Source: Eledone cirrhosa
Lineage: Eukaryota
Assembly: GCA_964016885.1 (NCBI GenBank)
Contig: OZ024742.1
Span: 174,096,001 to 174,160,000 of the forward strand
Direction: 5' to 3'
DNA: 64,000 bases
Shown: piece after piece, positions 25,301 to 40,803 of the stretch
Position numbering within the stretch: the stretch's first letter is position 1
Layout of the letters: each line of letters starts with the position of its first letter
The notes under the pieces: generated by a model
Told to the model about the DNA's origin: nothing
The model's input: only the letters and a program-made list of their open reading frames with translations
Databases searched by the model: none
Translations under genes and position numbers: made by a program

Positions 25301-26239
25301 GAGGCCCCACTATCATCATCATCATCATCATCTTCGTTTAACATCCATCTTCCACGCTGCATTTGGGATATAGGAAGGCATTTCTACCAATTCGTTTCCT
25401 GCAAACTGATCAAAGTCATATCTCTGAAAGATCTGGGCTTTGTTCAACTTTCTACTTACAAGGATATTAGTCTTTGTCAAGCTGACTTTAAGACATTTTA
25501 TTTTCAAGCTATACTTCCAGGTCTAGAATTTCTTCTCTAAATCTGCTATAGATTTGTCTATAAAGGTTAGATCATTGGCATATTAGAGTTCCCATGGACC
25601 AGTCTTATCACTTTAGCAGTTAAACTAGCTGTACCAGGCCAGAATTCTGTCACCTCTTTATGTTGAAACCGGCTGTAACTTGCTACTCATACACAAGTTA
25701 AGGTATAGTGCTCAAAATAAATTATATAAAAAATCTCATAGATTCGATATTATGTGTGATATTATGTGAAATAAAGTCTGTACCACGAAAATACAATAGT
25801 ATATATAGAATAGTGTAAATGCTAAAGGATTAACCTCTTTTGTTATAGTCAGCAGGACAATAATAAACTTTCCATCATAACTTTATGTAAGAAACCTTGG
25901 TAAGTTATGCTTCAAACATTTTTCAAAATACTTGAAAATCATAAGGCAGTGTTTTTCATTAGAATTATTGTGACAAAATGGTTAAATGGGAAATTTATAT
26001 GATATCAGCTCAATTTGACATATGCCTTTAATTCAAGATGTGGTAACTTAAGAGTTACTGTTAATCATATTCCTTCACATGATTGATATATAAATAAATA
26101 ACTGAAGGTACATGGTCTAGTGTTAGTTTCATCATCATAAAGTCATGTGATTGATTGCTGGACAGGGAGGCACTTTGTCTCCTTAAGCTAAACACTTCAA
26201 TTTACATGCTCTAGTTCATTTTGATGAAATGAAAAAAAT

Positions 26240-26412
26240 AATTGTTTCTACTTTTGGCACAAGGCCAGCAATTACCCAGTGCATTACTGGTTCTTTATTT
26301 CATCGACCCCGTAATGAAGGCAAAGTTAACCTCGGTGGATTTGAACTCAGAGTGGCAAGTGCCATAACTCTATCATCAAAGCATGGCGTCCGACCCTGGA
26401 CTGATACTGCCA
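26240..26412 (-). mobile_element. Meta-type SINE
   Basis: Reverse complement of the family consensus. Confidence 0.8.
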
Positions 26413-26551
26413 AAAAAATAATGAACTCTAGCTGTTCTCAGGAGTTAACACTTCAACAGTTTCACAACTTGCCCAGGGGAAGATTATTTTTTTGATAGGA
26501 TGGAGATTCTATCATTAAAACACTGAAGAAACCTCCAATAAGATACAACCT

Positions 26552-26763
26552 GTGGATTGGCAGTATAGGTAGACAGCCAGTGAATTGGTAGTATAGGTAG
26601 AGAGTCGGACGCCATGCTTTCAAGCATAGTTACATCCCTTTATGATTTGAGTTAAAATCCCGCCGAGGTTAACTTTGCCTTTCATCCTAGCAGGGTCGAT
26701 AACATAAAGTACCAGTAATGTACTGGGTAATTGCTGGCCTTGTGCTAAATGTAGAAACAATTA
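26552..26763 (+). mobile_element. Meta-type SINE with partly duplicated head
   Basis: Matches the family consensus. Confidence 0.8.
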
Positions 26764-27974
26764 TCTGTGCATGTCGACTCCAGTAGTTATATTTTTAATG
26801 TCTATTATTCATTTCATCAATCTCTTTTGGTCAAACTTCTAAGTTACAACACCCAGACATAAACAGAGACAAGCACATATCTACAGTTTCTGTTTACCAA
26901 ATGTCCCTCACAAAGCATTGATATAATTGAAGCTAGAGTAGAGACTCTTGTCCAAGATGCCACACAGTTGGAATGAACCCAAAAATCATGTGGTTGCAAA
27001 GCCAACCCATTAACCACATGGCCATGTCTACACCTATATTATATCTGTAAGACTTCATCACTTAGATTGTTAAGATGTCACTGCTTCGTTGCATTTACTA
27101 ATAATCTATGGAAAGACAAAGCTATAACAACTCCTCAAATCCGTTGTCTCTCTTTTATCTGCAAGTTTCTCTGACTTGTTAAGAAATTGTTATTATCACA
27201 CGCTCTACTGATGATCCATTACTAAACTGCTATTAGTTAACGAAGATATTCATAACTTATATAACTATTGATTGGTTGGTATTTCCACCAATCTATGTTT
27301 ATCTGTTTGAACTTGCTGACTGTTTAAGATTTATTCACAGATATGAGATATAAAGGCATGACTGAATGGTTAAGAAGTTCACTTCACAACCATGTGGTCT
27401 TGGGTTCTACTCTAATCCCAGTGTGTGGCCCCTTATGCAAGTCTTTTCAGTTATATATGTGTGCTATAGAGGAATGATATTAGAACATGTAATTGATTAC
27501 TATTGAGAAATACTAATATAAAATAGATTGACATTCATGACACATACATGTCTAATCTAGCTTCAGGCAATAGAGTTAGATTAAATTGGCTGCAGTGAGA
27601 AAACATTTTTCTGTTGTCTGGATGAATATGAAGACTTGTACTGAGTAATTGAAATCTGAAAAATATAACTGATAATATAACTCTCAATTAACTGTATCTA
27701 TGTGTGTAAATGTATTGATACAGAAAGAATAAGAAAGATAAAACACATAAGCACCAAAAAAAAAAAAAAATTTGTCATAAAGCTATTGATGGAAGGGAGG
27801 TAAACGTTGGGTGTATCTAATCTAATGGATGTAGGAATAGTTGATTAGTTAAGAGGTTCACTTCACAATCAAAAGTTCCCTGTCATCTTCGGCAAGTGTC
27901 TTTGGCTTGACCTAAGCCTTGTGAGTAAAATTTGGAAGGTGAATACTATGTTGAAGCCCACTGGATGGACTCAT

Positions 27975-28317
27975 CATTTCATCATCATTTCATTTTACGT
28001 CCGCTTTTTCCCTGCTTGCAAGGGTGGGATGGGAACTGATGCTGGCTTGATTTCTACAGCTGGATGCCCTTCCTAACACCAAGCTCATTTACAGTGAGTG
28101 CTGGGTGCTTTTTGCTGTGGCACCTCCACGACCACTTTGCAGTGGAATGATATGGATCCCAGTCCCTATCATCTCATTTCTACAGCTGAGTAAACTGGAG
28201 CAATGTGAAATAAAGTGTCTTGCTCAAGGAAACAACACATCACCCGGTCTGAGAATTGAACTCACAATCTTTCGATTGCAAGGCCAATGCTCTAATCACT
28301 AAGCAATGTGCCTCCAT
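27975..28317 (-). mobile_element. tRNA-head CORE-type SINE with RTE-derived tail
   Basis: Head, CORE-like block ccttgagcaagacactttatttcacattgctcc, then tail ggtgttaggaagggcatccagctgtagaaa...ggacgtaaaatga shared with the RTE 3'UTR. Confidence 0.8.
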
Positions 28318-28829
28318 GTATGTATAAATACTACACAGTTGGAATGAAGACAAAACAACGTGGTTACAAAGGAAACCCATTAATCACACACCAATGCCCA
28401 CATCTATATAAATGTTAGATGATGATGAGAAGGAAAAAGTTGTCTTGAACATGGAGAGAGTGCAGCCAGTGATAGACTAGGAGCTATTAAATCAAAGGTT
28501 TTTCAAACACTCCAGTGAATTTTCACTCACTTCCTGACAAGATGTCAAATAGAAATAGATACCACAGCTCAAGTCATCTGGTTCTTGGGTGTCTTTAATG
28601 GATTTCACTCTGTTTTTAGTATTTGAACCAGGTCACCACTTTGCGGGCAAATTCACCCATTCGACCCACCAATATGGGATATCTTGAAAATACAAGGGGC
28701 CATAGTTGTAGACCTTCATACCCTAACTAAGTGATGGAGTGATTTTACACCATATTATTCTAATCTTTTTATCAATAACATGGGTTGAATAATTCTGCAA
28801 ATATATGGAATTGTTGAGGCATCAAATTC

Positions 28830-28906
<77 letters not shown>

Positions 28907-29802
28907 CTTAAGTATATTTCATTATTTAAATTTGACATTAATTTTGAATTTAACAATCATAAGTTTTATATATGAAAAAAAAAAAATGCAGCAAGTAATT
29001 TGAAATTATGAAGAGATATATAAATTTTACGGAAATCCATAAAATATTTAGATATAAAAATGAAAATACATCAAATGTCTGAGATGTATGTGTGTATAGT
29101 GCATGTATGTAGGAATGTATGTATATGTATGTATATATGTATAAATGTATGTATCTATGTATATTTGTATGTATGTGTGTATGTATATATATATGTTGGT
29201 CTATATGTATCGATGTATGCATATGTCTGTGTGTGTCTTTGTCTATATTTATTCAAAATATTTAATCTGTTTGGTTTACCTTCAACTATTAGAAATGATA
29301 TTTAATAAAATTTGTTTACGTTATGTTCATTTATCAAAAATACTTGAGAGCGAACTATGTTTGTAGTTTCACTTTCCAAAGATTTTATAACTATGAGTCA
29401 TGTAATAATAACTTTCATGATTATTAAATTTGAAATTATTCTCAAAAGTAAAATAATAAATAAGATTAATGAAATAATATATTAATGTTTATCGTAATAA
29501 CATTTTTAATTGTACTACAATATGAGATGTCTATATAAGATAGAAAATTGAATCAAAATCTGGCCCTAGGCATGGCAGTGGTTAAATGTTTGTTTCACAA
29601 ACATCTGGTATCTGATTCATTTCCACTCTGTAGTCTCTCTGTTACCTCTGCCCACTACTGGTACAGTAGTGGGCAGAGGTAACAGTACTTGTTTCGTAAG
29701 AGCTATTCTATAAAATAACATCCCATCTCCATTTACCTTAACTTTTTTATTGTGGTACATTTCAGGTGTTTTTAGCAAAATGGTATCCAACAACACCGAC
29801 TC

Positions 29803-30079
<277 letters not shown>

Positions 30080-30169
30080 CGAGGGTGAATAAAAAATGAT
30101 CCATACTTTTGCCATAAGATATCTTTATCTTTGTCACACTGATATCTCCTTGATTGTAGATGTCGAGGC

Positions 30170-32960
30170 AAACGTCTGGTGGATGACATCACCGGTTTCT
30201 TAATTCGTGGCCAAAAAGCCAGTGCTCCAACGATCAGACCAAAATTCTTCATCGCTGCCACTGGAGACGCCTACCATTCGTTGTTAGGATCGTTCCCGGA
30301 GCTCATCGATGAAAATTTTCGAGTTACGGAGCCAACTCACGCAACTGAACATTTTATTTCCATAAACGATGCTCCAGTATTTTCGCGTCCACGTAGTTTA
30401 CCGGCGGACAAATTGAAGGCAGCACGGTCCGAGTTCGACCATATGCTGCGGCTGGGCATTATTCGCCCATCTACTAGTCCTTGGGCTTCCCCGTTACATA
30501 TGGTGCCCAAGTCTTCTGGCGACTGGAGACCCACTGGGAATTATAGGAGGTTAAACGCGATGACCGTGCCGGATAGATATACGATTCCCCACCTCTAGTA
30601 CTTTGCATCTTCGTTGCAGGGTTGTAAGATTTTCTCCAAACTCGATTTAGTGCGAGCTTACCACCAAATTCCAGTCAGGAAGGAAGACATTCTGAAAACG
30701 GCTATTACAACTTCTTTCGGATCCTTCGAGTTTTTAACCATGCCTTTTGGACTCAGGAATGCCGCTAGCACTTTTCAGCGGTTCATAGACGAGGTCACTC
30801 ATGGTCAGGTCTTCATTTATGCATATATAGATGATCTTCTCGTCGCTAGTTCCTCTCCAGAAGAGCATATGCGTCACCTGGTAATCCTGGAGTCGGCAAA
30901 CTAAAAGTATTTTGCCGACTTCAGGATTACCGCGTTTTCGGATCCGCTTCACTAATTTTTTTAGGTCACGTCATCAAAGCCGTAGGTATTCGACCCCTTC
31001 CACAGCGAGTTAGGCTATACAGCATTTACTTCCGCCTACCTCACTTCGCCAGTTGCGCCACTTCCTAGGCCTAATCAATTTTTATAGACGTTTTATCCGT
31101 CAATGTGCAGAATTACTGTCTTCCTTTACCGAGATTTTGAAAAATTGTCGTAAGAAGAATGAGGATATTTCCTTCACACGAGCACAACTCGAAGATTTCC
31201 AGACTGCCAAGACAGCACTTGCTAATTCATCTTTGCTAGCCCATCCAGTACCCGATGCCAAGCTTTCGCTTTGTGTTGATGCATCTGATACCGCCGTAGG
31301 AGCAGTTTTACAACAGTATACCGCTAAACACCAACAGCCTTTGGAATTGTTCTCCAGGAAGCTGAAACCGGCAGAAACTCGTTACAGCACGTTTGGTTGA
31401 GAGTTATTAGCCATATATCTGGCGGTGAAACATTTTTCTCATATTCTTGAGGTAAGATATTTTACGGTTTTCACTGACCGCAAACCTCTGACCTTCGCTT
31501 TGAGGTGTAAAGCCAACAGATATCCGCCCAGAGAGACAAGGCACCTCGATTACATTTCGCAGTTCACAATGATATCCAGCACATTTCTGGCTCACTAAAC
31601 ACAGCCGCAGACGCCTTGTTACGTTTGCCAATCAGCTTGATTTCGTCATCCCAGGAGATAGATGTAAGTCGTTTGGCAGCAGACCAACCTGCACTCGAAT
31701 CGTTGGATACTTCATCAGCTGAATTTGCGACTTGCAACCTGAAAAATCTGCCCTTGTCGACCACCGACAGGCAGATTCTCTGTGATGTATCTACGGATTC
31801 ACCACGACCTTATGTTCCCGAGAAACACCGTCGAATTGTGTTCCTTCCTTTGCACAGCATTTCTCACCCAGGATCTTCAGCCACAGTAAAGCTCATAACA
31901 GCTAGATTTTTCTGGCCAAATATGTGGCGTGAAATTAGTGCTTGGTGCCGTTCCTGCATACAGTGTCAAAAATCTTAAGTCCACAGACACATCCGGGCTC
32001 CACTAGGTACTTTTAGTACTCCGGATGCTCGTTTTCGACACATCCACATCGATATCGTTGGAACTTGGCCAGTCAGTAGTGGATATTCTTACCTTTTGAC
32101 CTGAATTGATCGTTTTTCACGATGGCCTGAAGCCATCCCCTTAAAGGACATTACCGCCGACATGATAGCGCGTGCCCTGGTATCAGGGTAGATTGACCGC
32201 TATGACGTGCCAACTACAATTACTACTGACCGTGGTAGGCAATTCGAAACACATCTTTTCTCGGAGTTAACAAAAATTATTGGCGCTCAACGCATTCGGA
32301 CCACATCTTATCACCCTGCTTCAAACGGAATGGTGGAGCATTTTCATCGTCAATTAAAGGCTGCTCTTCGTGGTTATCCAGACTCTCTACGTTGTAGCGA
32401 GTACCTTCCTATTGTGTTGTTAGGAATTCGGTCTTCAATAAAGGAGGACCCCGGGTTCTCGCCGGCTGAATTGTTGTGTGGTACTCCTCTAGCGTTGCCT
32501 GGGCAAATACCTGTTGATCTTGCTACTCAAGATCCCCTTTCCTATGTATCTCGTTTGCGCTCGTATTTTCAGGACTTACCGCCTATGGATACCAGGAAAC
32601 AAACTGTTAAAATTGCAGTCCCGAGGGATATTGCCTCGTGGATACGTGTTTTTTTCAGAGATGACACTGTTAGACCACCTCTCACACAACCGTACTCTGA
32701 ACCCTACCGTGTGTTAGCACGTACTAACAAACATTTTACTATAGACATTAAGGGATCCAGATAGACAATTTCGGTTGACAGACTGAAAAGGGCATACACA
32801 GACACTCATACACCTGAGCCACATATACCCCCATCTTTCACTGTTGTACATACACCTGCTCCTTCTTCCCCACCTTCACCTACATACAAGACCACAACCC
32901 GTTCTGGTCGAAGAGTCCACTGGCCCAAAAAATTCTGTCAAACAGTTTTTATCTGAGCTG
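30170..32960 (+). mobile_element. Ty3/Gypsy pol remnant (RT, RNase H, integrase) with stops and frameshifts; no LTRs found
   Basis: [73 protein letters not shown]...FFWPNM...[23 protein letters not shown]. Confidence 0.93.
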
Positions 32961-33342
32961 GCCACTATGGAGCCTTTTTTGCTCGTGTATTACATGCTTT
33001 TCTTTACCTTGTTTCTTAACAGTTGAAAGTTTTCTTTAACTATAGAGTTTCTTTTTTTCCTTTTTTTTTTCATTATTATTACAACATGCTTTACAGCATG
33101 GAGTTAGATCCCTTTACTTTCTCAGTTCAAACCCGGACAAAGTTAGCTTTGCCTTTCATCGTCACAAGAAATGATAACATAAAGTACCAGTAATGGACTA
33201 GGGTCATTTTAATCGACTTTTCCCCTCCTCCGCCTTGTGCGTAATGTTAGCTGTTATGGTAAGTGTTGTACCAGAGCTGTGGATGAAGCTGTTATGATAG
33301 TTTACCAGTAGCTGTTGTCAATGATGTTGCTGTTCATATAAT

Positions 33343-33482
33343 AGTCCAGAAATAGCCGTCGAAACGGCTTGAGCTCTGCCGTCGAGGTCATACTTTTTCC
33401 TATTTCCCACTCTAATACCCTAAGTATTGAGTACTCTGGTGCGTTATGGTCCATCTGGTTCCTTACCACAATTCCTTTGTTT
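33343..33482 (+). mobile_element. Family C PLE-like unit with the 3' half of a hammerhead
   Basis: GAAAcggc-ttgagctct-gccGTC. Same family as 43034 and 58801. Confidence 0.65.
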
Positions 33483-33511
33483 TATATTTATATATATATA
33501 TATGTATATAA

Positions 33512-34090
33512 AATAAGAAAATGTCAAGTAGTTTCAAATGTTAAAGTCCTTTAATGATAATGTCATACATATTTCAATGACGACAGTGGCCACACGATTC
33601 CGTGTACCCAGTGCCATGACATCATCAGACAGATTCTTACATTCTCAAAGCAATCCAAATTGAATCGACAAGGGGATGGACAAAGTGTGTGTTCTTGAAT
33701 CCTTTGCCCGTTCCCTTGTGAGTCCCAATTCACCCCCACAAGTTTGTGCAGGTGCAAATCCGAAGGAAGTTGATCATCCACTACCCCAAAACTCTACCAA
33801 ACTCGTCTAGGCAGGTCAACCAAACAATCACCCCCATCTAGGTTGGTAATATGACTCGGTTGTAGTTTACTGCTAGTTTCCCTGCCAGTGGCCGTTGACA
33901 GAAACCTAGTGGTGGTAGCAGAGTATGAGTTTCAATAGGCTTCGACACTACCCCTAAATTATGCTTGGATAATAGAATTGATCATCACCCACTAAGAGAA
34001 TATAAACTTAATCCTAGATATGGTTTCACAGTGGAAATTATGATTGAAAATTAGAAATTAAAAATTACAAGTTAAAATCTAGATTGAAGT
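33512..34090 (-). mobile_element. Older copy of the family A unit; hammerhead at 33561-33632 with the cleavage site mutated to UG
   Basis: Colinear with about 10222-10800. Confidence 0.75.
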
Positions 34091-35025
34091 AAATTAAGAA
34101 AACATATATAATAAATAATAAATAGGGAGATGTTTAAATTATAGTAAGAAGTTTTGAAAAGGGGATCAATATTACAGATATATTATCCATATATTGATCG
34201 ATAGTATCGTACAGAAGAATTATAGTAAAAAATGTTGGAAAAAGGAATCTATATTGGATATTACAGATATAATATCCATATATTGAACGATAGTACCGTA
34301 CAGTAGATTTATAGTATGAAACGTAGTAATTAGGCAAATAATTAGTTAACATCTTCTTCTATCACATGAATCAAAACAAAAAGTACATAGATGTAAAATA
34401 AGAGAGGAGACATATATGAGAACAGATAAACGAAGACGATAAACATGTATATCGGTATGGAAGTGGTGAAAATGCTGGTCAATTTTGTCCATGTAAAGTG
34501 CATATAAAAATTTGTTATCGGATGAAGTGAGGGGGCTTCCGTTCAAGGCCTCTGTGCAAAATGCAAGTTTCTCCAGGAAAATAAGGGGTTTTACGCTGCT
34601 TTCTGGCCCTCTTATTTACCCGGTCGAAAGTTAGTTCATAATTTTATGTCCGTCCAGTAGTAGGGATATCCAGTATGTGTAATCAGTTCCCATGGTAGAG
34701 GGAATATCCAGGTATAGCTGATGGCTGGTTCCTCTGCTTCTTCACTGTATCATTTACACCATAAAGCGGTCAACATTTCAGAGTTAAATTCTTACGGTAA
34801 ACATTGATAAAAGTCAATTCTAGCACTCAACGTACATTTTCCCCATAGGGAATGTTGTCTGTGTGTCCTCATTTTTGAAAAGTCTATACAAATCCACATT
34901 TCTACTCCAATTGACTTCAAACTTGCATTTATATATTCCTTGCTGTCTAAGGATACTAACTGCAGCTTTTATTTTTCAATTTTCTGTTGTTAAAGGGATG
35001 TTATCGATCTCTGTCGAGCCCTTAT

Positions 35026-35197
35026 AATTGTTTCTACTTTTGGCACAAGGCCAGCAATTACCCAGTGTATTACTGGTACTTTATTTTATCGACCCCATAA
35101 GGATGAAAGGCAAAGTTAACCTCGGCGGGATTTGAACTCAGAATGGCAAGGGCCGTAACTCTATGCGTCAAAGCATGGCGTCCGACCCTCTACCGAT
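35026..35197 (-). mobile_element. Meta-type SINE
   Basis: Reverse complement of the family consensus. Confidence 0.85.
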
Positions 35198-35727
35198 TCT
35201 CTGCATAACGACATTCTGACGAACATGTCATTGATACACACACACATACACACACACACATATATATATATACGTCTAAAGAGAGAAGGGGAGATGTAGA
35301 GAGAGAATGAGATATGCTGTTATACAGAGAGAGGTACAAGATATTCAGATATAGAGATAATGGCGACGAACGCTGGTTCACACACACACACAAACACATA
35401 TATATATATATAAAGACAGAGAGAGAGAGAAAGGGGAGAGAGATCTGCGCGTTCTTTATTGTTCTCCATTCTGTAGAGGAAGAGAGATAGAGGGGATATG
35501 AGTGAGAGAGAGAGCGAGAGAAAGAGAGAGAGGGTATGAGAAAAAAGGGAGAGAGGTGTTGAGAAAGAAAGAAAGAGAGTGAGGAACTTGAACTTTTATT
35601 TATTTATCTATTCTTTACACACTGTTCAACTCTTCCCTTTCCTCAACCTTACGTGTCTTTCTCTCTTTCACACAAGACATACTGTGACTGTGTGCGTTAT
35701 ATATATTTATGTCCACACACAAAAGAC

Positions 35728-35825
<98 letters not shown>

Positions 35826-35860
35826 CTCTCTCTCTCTATATATATATATATAACCTCCTC

Positions 35861-35931
<71 letters not shown>

Positions 35932-36103
35932 GAGGTTATATTTAATTTGTTGGGATACAGCAAGCACCATATTTTTATAACTAATATAAAGCACTCAACA
36001 AATTAGTGGAGTAAATATACAATAAATCCAGGAGATTCCAACCAGAATTATTACATTTTTTCAGGGTATGTCAATATTTATTTATAAAATTAACCTATAT
36101 TAT

Positions 36104-36167
36104 ATTTTATCTGATGAAAACGCACCATAGTTTGCCTTGGTGGCCCTTGAAATATGTATAATTAAAT
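36104..36167 (+). ncRNA. Type I hammerhead motif, family B (diverged)
   Basis: attttat CTGATGA ..cacca..tggtg.. GAAA tatgta TA attaaat. The inverted 3' end of the same family is at about 35930-36022. Confidence 0.55.
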
Positions 36168-36242
36168 AAATATGGTTTTATAAATATAGTTTCATTTGTT
36201 AATATATTGTATATATATATATATATTATTTTTTATAAGAAC

Positions 36243-36700
36243 TGATTAAAGTTTAAGCAAAGAATCGCTGCTTTCAACATTAACGGGATCTTCTGAAACT
36301 AAAATATTCAATCTGTGAACGCAGAAGTAAATATTTCGAGAAACGTTGCAGCCGAAGGAAAACAGGAGGACGATATTTTGGTTCGTGAAGATGTTCCTTA
36401 GCAATGAATGGAAAACAAGCGAGGTTAATACGCTGTTATGTGGACCGAGAAAAATAATTTTATGCAAAGACAAGACCAAGTTTATGGTATAAATGGAGTC
36501 GTTATACTAATGTTCTATTTAAAAGAACCGAATGATTTCCAGCTCCGGAGTTTAAGAATGATGTAAATAAAATTGTAAACGAAAATGACAGAGTTTATTG
36601 AAATAGTAAAAGTAAATAGTGAAGATTTAGGCCAGTACATACGTATGCGCCGACGTACATACACATACATATACATACGCAAACACAAATACATTCACAC
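36243..36700 (-). mobile_element. Family F unit with CAGAAGA hammerhead-like motif at 36250-36300 (stem II damaged)
   Basis: Homologous to 53752-54290. Confidence 0.65.
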
Positions 36701-36724
36701 AAACACACACATAAACGCGCGCAC

Positions 36725-37139
36725 GCGTGTGTCTGTAAACCTCATGCATTTCTACAGCATTTTCACCAAAATTAAGACATAGGTTACTTATGTACTCCGG
36801 ATGGTCATGGACATTTTCATTTTTCCAGATATTGATTATAAGGCCTCCCGGCAGAAACCCCCTTTAACCGCTTTCTTGGAAGCAGTGCAATGCAACAAAA
36901 CATCATAACTTCTGGAGTTCGCAACCGATTTTCACGAAACTTGACACATGGGCTACGTTTGTTCTACAGATGAGTGTGAACTCTCAGAATTGGCACATAT
37001 TGAGTAGGGGATCCCTGGTGGCAGGATCCCCCTTTTTGAAAAATCCGATGATTTTGTAAAAATATAGTTTTCGAAGCAGCACAGAAGTATTGACATAAAT
37101 GGTATACATAACTGCTGTTTAATACCCGAGCAACACTAG
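36725..37139 (+). mobile_element. Possible non-autonomous Helitron remnant
   Basis: Ends cccgagcaac-a-CTAG-t and has internal ttttcacgaaacttgacaca blocks similar to 18027-18878. Confidence 0.4.
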
Positions 37140-37142
37140 TTT

Positions 37143-37307
37143 AGAATAAGAAAATGCGAAGTAGTTTCAGATGTTAAAATCCTTTATTGATAATGCTGTG
37201 ATACATATTTCAATGACAACAGTGGCCACACGATTCCGTGTACCCAGTGCCATGATATCAACAGACAGCTTCTTACATAATAAGGTTACGTTACCGAGGC
37301 AATCCAA
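37143..37307 (-). mobile_element. Family A fragment; hammerhead at 37195-37269 with CTGTTGA core mutation
   Basis: Colinear with 10222-10385. Confidence 0.7.
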
Positions 37308-39227
37308 GTGTGTCTGTGTATGTGTGTCTGTGTATGTATGTAAGTATCATCATCATCATCACCGTTTTACATCCATTCTTCCACGTTAACATTGGTTAGA
37401 CGGGTTGTCCTGTCGTGGGCAGTGTCTAGTCAGTTGACCTTGTCTTGCTCATACACAGGGACTGATTCTGGCTTGATTTCTACAGATGGATGCCATTCCT
37501 AACACCAACCTCATTTACAGTGAGTGATGGGTGCTTTTTTTTCCGTGGTGCCTACACGACCACTTTACAGTGTTGGCTGGGTGTTTTTTTTAGTATGTAT
37601 ATATCGAAATGAAACACGATATATATAAGCCTGTTTCGACTATGAGTGTTCCAGTTATATTATTGGGTAAGTGGATGAGCCTTCCATAGGCACCTGCACA
37701 CTTAACATAATTCACAGATACAGTCTGTCTGACAGGCTTCCAAGATATACCGTCTACTCAATTTCACACACAAGGCTTGGTCAACATATGCCTATGGTAA
37801 ATAATATTTTTCCAAGATGTCATGCAGTAGGATTGAAACCTGGATCTAGTGACTGAAAATCAAACATCTTAATCATTCAGCCATGATACAAGCTCACACT
37901 TCTATAGCTGATAGTGTACAAGACAAGGTAAACGAGGAGATGTAATCAACTAAAAATATTGAAGATGGAAGCCCCAGCATGGCCACATACATACAACTGA
38001 AACCAGCTATCGACTGAAAACATATATATAAATATCTAGGACTAAAATATTACATATGTTCCCCCACCCACTTTTTTTACTCCACCCCTTGCTACCATGG
38101 AAAACAGACATTAAACAAAAATGATGATGATGATCAGCTGGACATTATTTGAGGGAAATATAGCTACTACTTTTAACAGATTAAGCAATCATAGACGGGC
38201 TTCCTCATTTACTTGCATAGAAAAATTTAGTTGTCAGTGTATAAAGTATACTAAAGACAAAAGTATTGTGGCAATAAAGCAGTGTGTATTTTCTTCCTAT
38301 CTTATATTACATCATACAAAAATATCTATTCATTACTTCAGAATATCTTCTCTCATTTTCTCTACCAACAGGAAAATAGATGTATTTTCTCCTATTTGTT
38401 TTTTATTCTTTTTATTAATTAATATATTTTGGTTTCTTTTAGAAAAGAAATTTCTAGAACCGAAATAATCTTTAATCTTTCCCCAATATCTAATTTTATT
38501 TCTCTTAGTTTTATTTTAGTCCATTCTTTCTATTTTGTTTACCTTCCACAGCTAACCAATATTGCCAGCATACTGTTGATTTTGCAAGTAAATATTTTCT
38601 GATGCTAAGTCAGCATTTTTTAAATGTATCTTCCAGTCATCACATTTCTGATAAGCTATTCTATACTCAAAATACCACCACATTTTGATGCTTGTATTTC
38701 TGATCATCATCATTGTCGTCATCATCATCATCATCATCATCACCACTGTTTTACATCCATTTTCCATGCTGGTATGGATTAGATTGGTTGTCAGGTTCTG
38801 AGACCTGACAAGTCAAAGGACTACATCCTGCTCATACATTTCATTTTGGCAGGGTTTCTATGGATGAATGCCCTTTCTAATACCTTTACAGAGTGAGCTG
38901 GGGACATTTCATTGTGATATCAGAACTACCACTTTATAGAGTGACCTGGGAGCATTGTTATTGTGGTATCAACATGACCACTTTACACACAGACATATAC
39001 ACACATACACACAGCTGTGGATGTAGACAAATGAAAACAGAAATCAACATATAACATGGAAGTTAAGAATACTTGTATGAACTGCTTTGCCTAATTTGTG
39101 CATTATCAATAGTTTTGTGATATAAACAGGCCGAAATCTTCAAATTCATTAGAGTTAATAATACAAACAATGAGCCAAAAAGGTTACATGAATGAAATAT
39201 TGTCCAGCTTAGTTTCAAGTGTGGCAA

Positions 39228-39304
<77 letters not shown>

Positions 39305-39689
39305 CAAAGGACCGTGACAAGTGAAGAGATGCTGTGCTGAATAGGACCCATCCCACCCTTGCAAGCAGGGAAAAACGGAGGTAAAATGACGATAATGATA
39401 TAATACCATTAGGAAGGTCATCCAGCTATAGAAACTATACAAAAATGCAACAAATGAGCGAGCTGCAGTTATCTGACATGTGTAGCCTCTCAGAATGTGA
39501 CAACCCACCAAATCCATGCAAACATGGAAAATAGACATAAAACAACGATGATGTTGTAGGGGGTGCATGTGAATACAGGTTTACAAAATATGTGTATGTG
39601 TAACTGCATATATTCTTCTTCTTGTCATATGACATATGCACAATGATTAGAAAGACAGATGGAGATTGGTGAACCAGGCTTAGGCATCA

Positions 39690-40282
39690 TGTAGTACTAT
39701 AAATCACCCCCAGGCCACCAGGTAAAACGTTTGAGGGGGCAATCCCAAACAACATGCAGATCTCTCTGGTCAGGGTCCCCACAGTTACATGCTGGGCTGT
39801 CTTTCAATTTCCATGGATTGAGATGATGGGCTGCCCTGACATGTATTGTGCTGCCATTGCTTTTTAGAAAGGTAAAAACTGGGTGGTTTAGATATGGGGT
39901 CATGTTTAAAATTTTGCTTGGTAAATTTGGGCTCGTTCCATGATCTTTGCCACTCTGCCTTCAGATAAAATTATTGCCTTGAAGGATCTTCATTGATTCC
40001 CAGAATGGTTGGCATGATTTCAAGTGCATGTTGGGAAGGTTTTTCAGGTCTTTGTCGATGGGAAGGTTGGGCTTCAACTTGGTAAGAAGTGCTGCCTCAT
40101 GGATCATCTCCTGATGCTGTATGTAAGCAGGAGTGATATGATAAAGGGTTGGCAGCTACTGAGTAGGTATAGATTTGAGTGTGCCACATACTATTCTCAT
40201 TGGTGAGTTGAAGATGGTGTCAACATGCTTGGCATGGCAGCTCCCTGCCCAGATTGGTAAATAATACTCCACGACTGAGGTT
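39690..40282 (-). pseudogene. Decayed I-group (Vingi/Ingi-like) LINE C-terminus
   Basis: SVVEYYLPIWAGSCHAKHVD...MRIVCGTLKSIPT and SPACNCGDPDQRDLHVVWDCP (CCHC). Confidence 0.6.
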
Positions 40283-40766
40283 GGGGGGGGGCATCAGACC
40301 CCCAGAAAACACCTGCACACATTCCCTGACTGGTAATGGATTTACCAAGCCAACATTGATCTGAAGAAGGACTTTGGATACCAAAATGCTCACTAACATC
40401 TAACCTATATTAAGCCACCAACAAGTCCCATATTTCTAACTTTAATTCTAACTTCCAGTCTCACTTTCCACATCCACTCCACCCACACACTCCTCTATCT
40501 AAACTGCTATCATCATCTAAATGAATAATAAAATGCAAAACACATACTAATTTAAACAAGTTTTATCTTGTTTATTTTGTTTAAAATTTCATTCTTTCAC
40601 CTCCCTTTTATTACCTCATGTCTAATCCTTATCACCTCATTTCTCCTTCTTCCTTCCTCAATAATGTAACACTGCATTGAACAACACAATCTGAGGTGTT
40701 GGCCATAACTGTACCTCGAAACCTACGGTAGTGCTTTTTTGTTTATTATATGAACATTAATAAATG

Positions 40767-40794
<28 letters not shown>

Positions 40795-40803
<9 letters not shown>
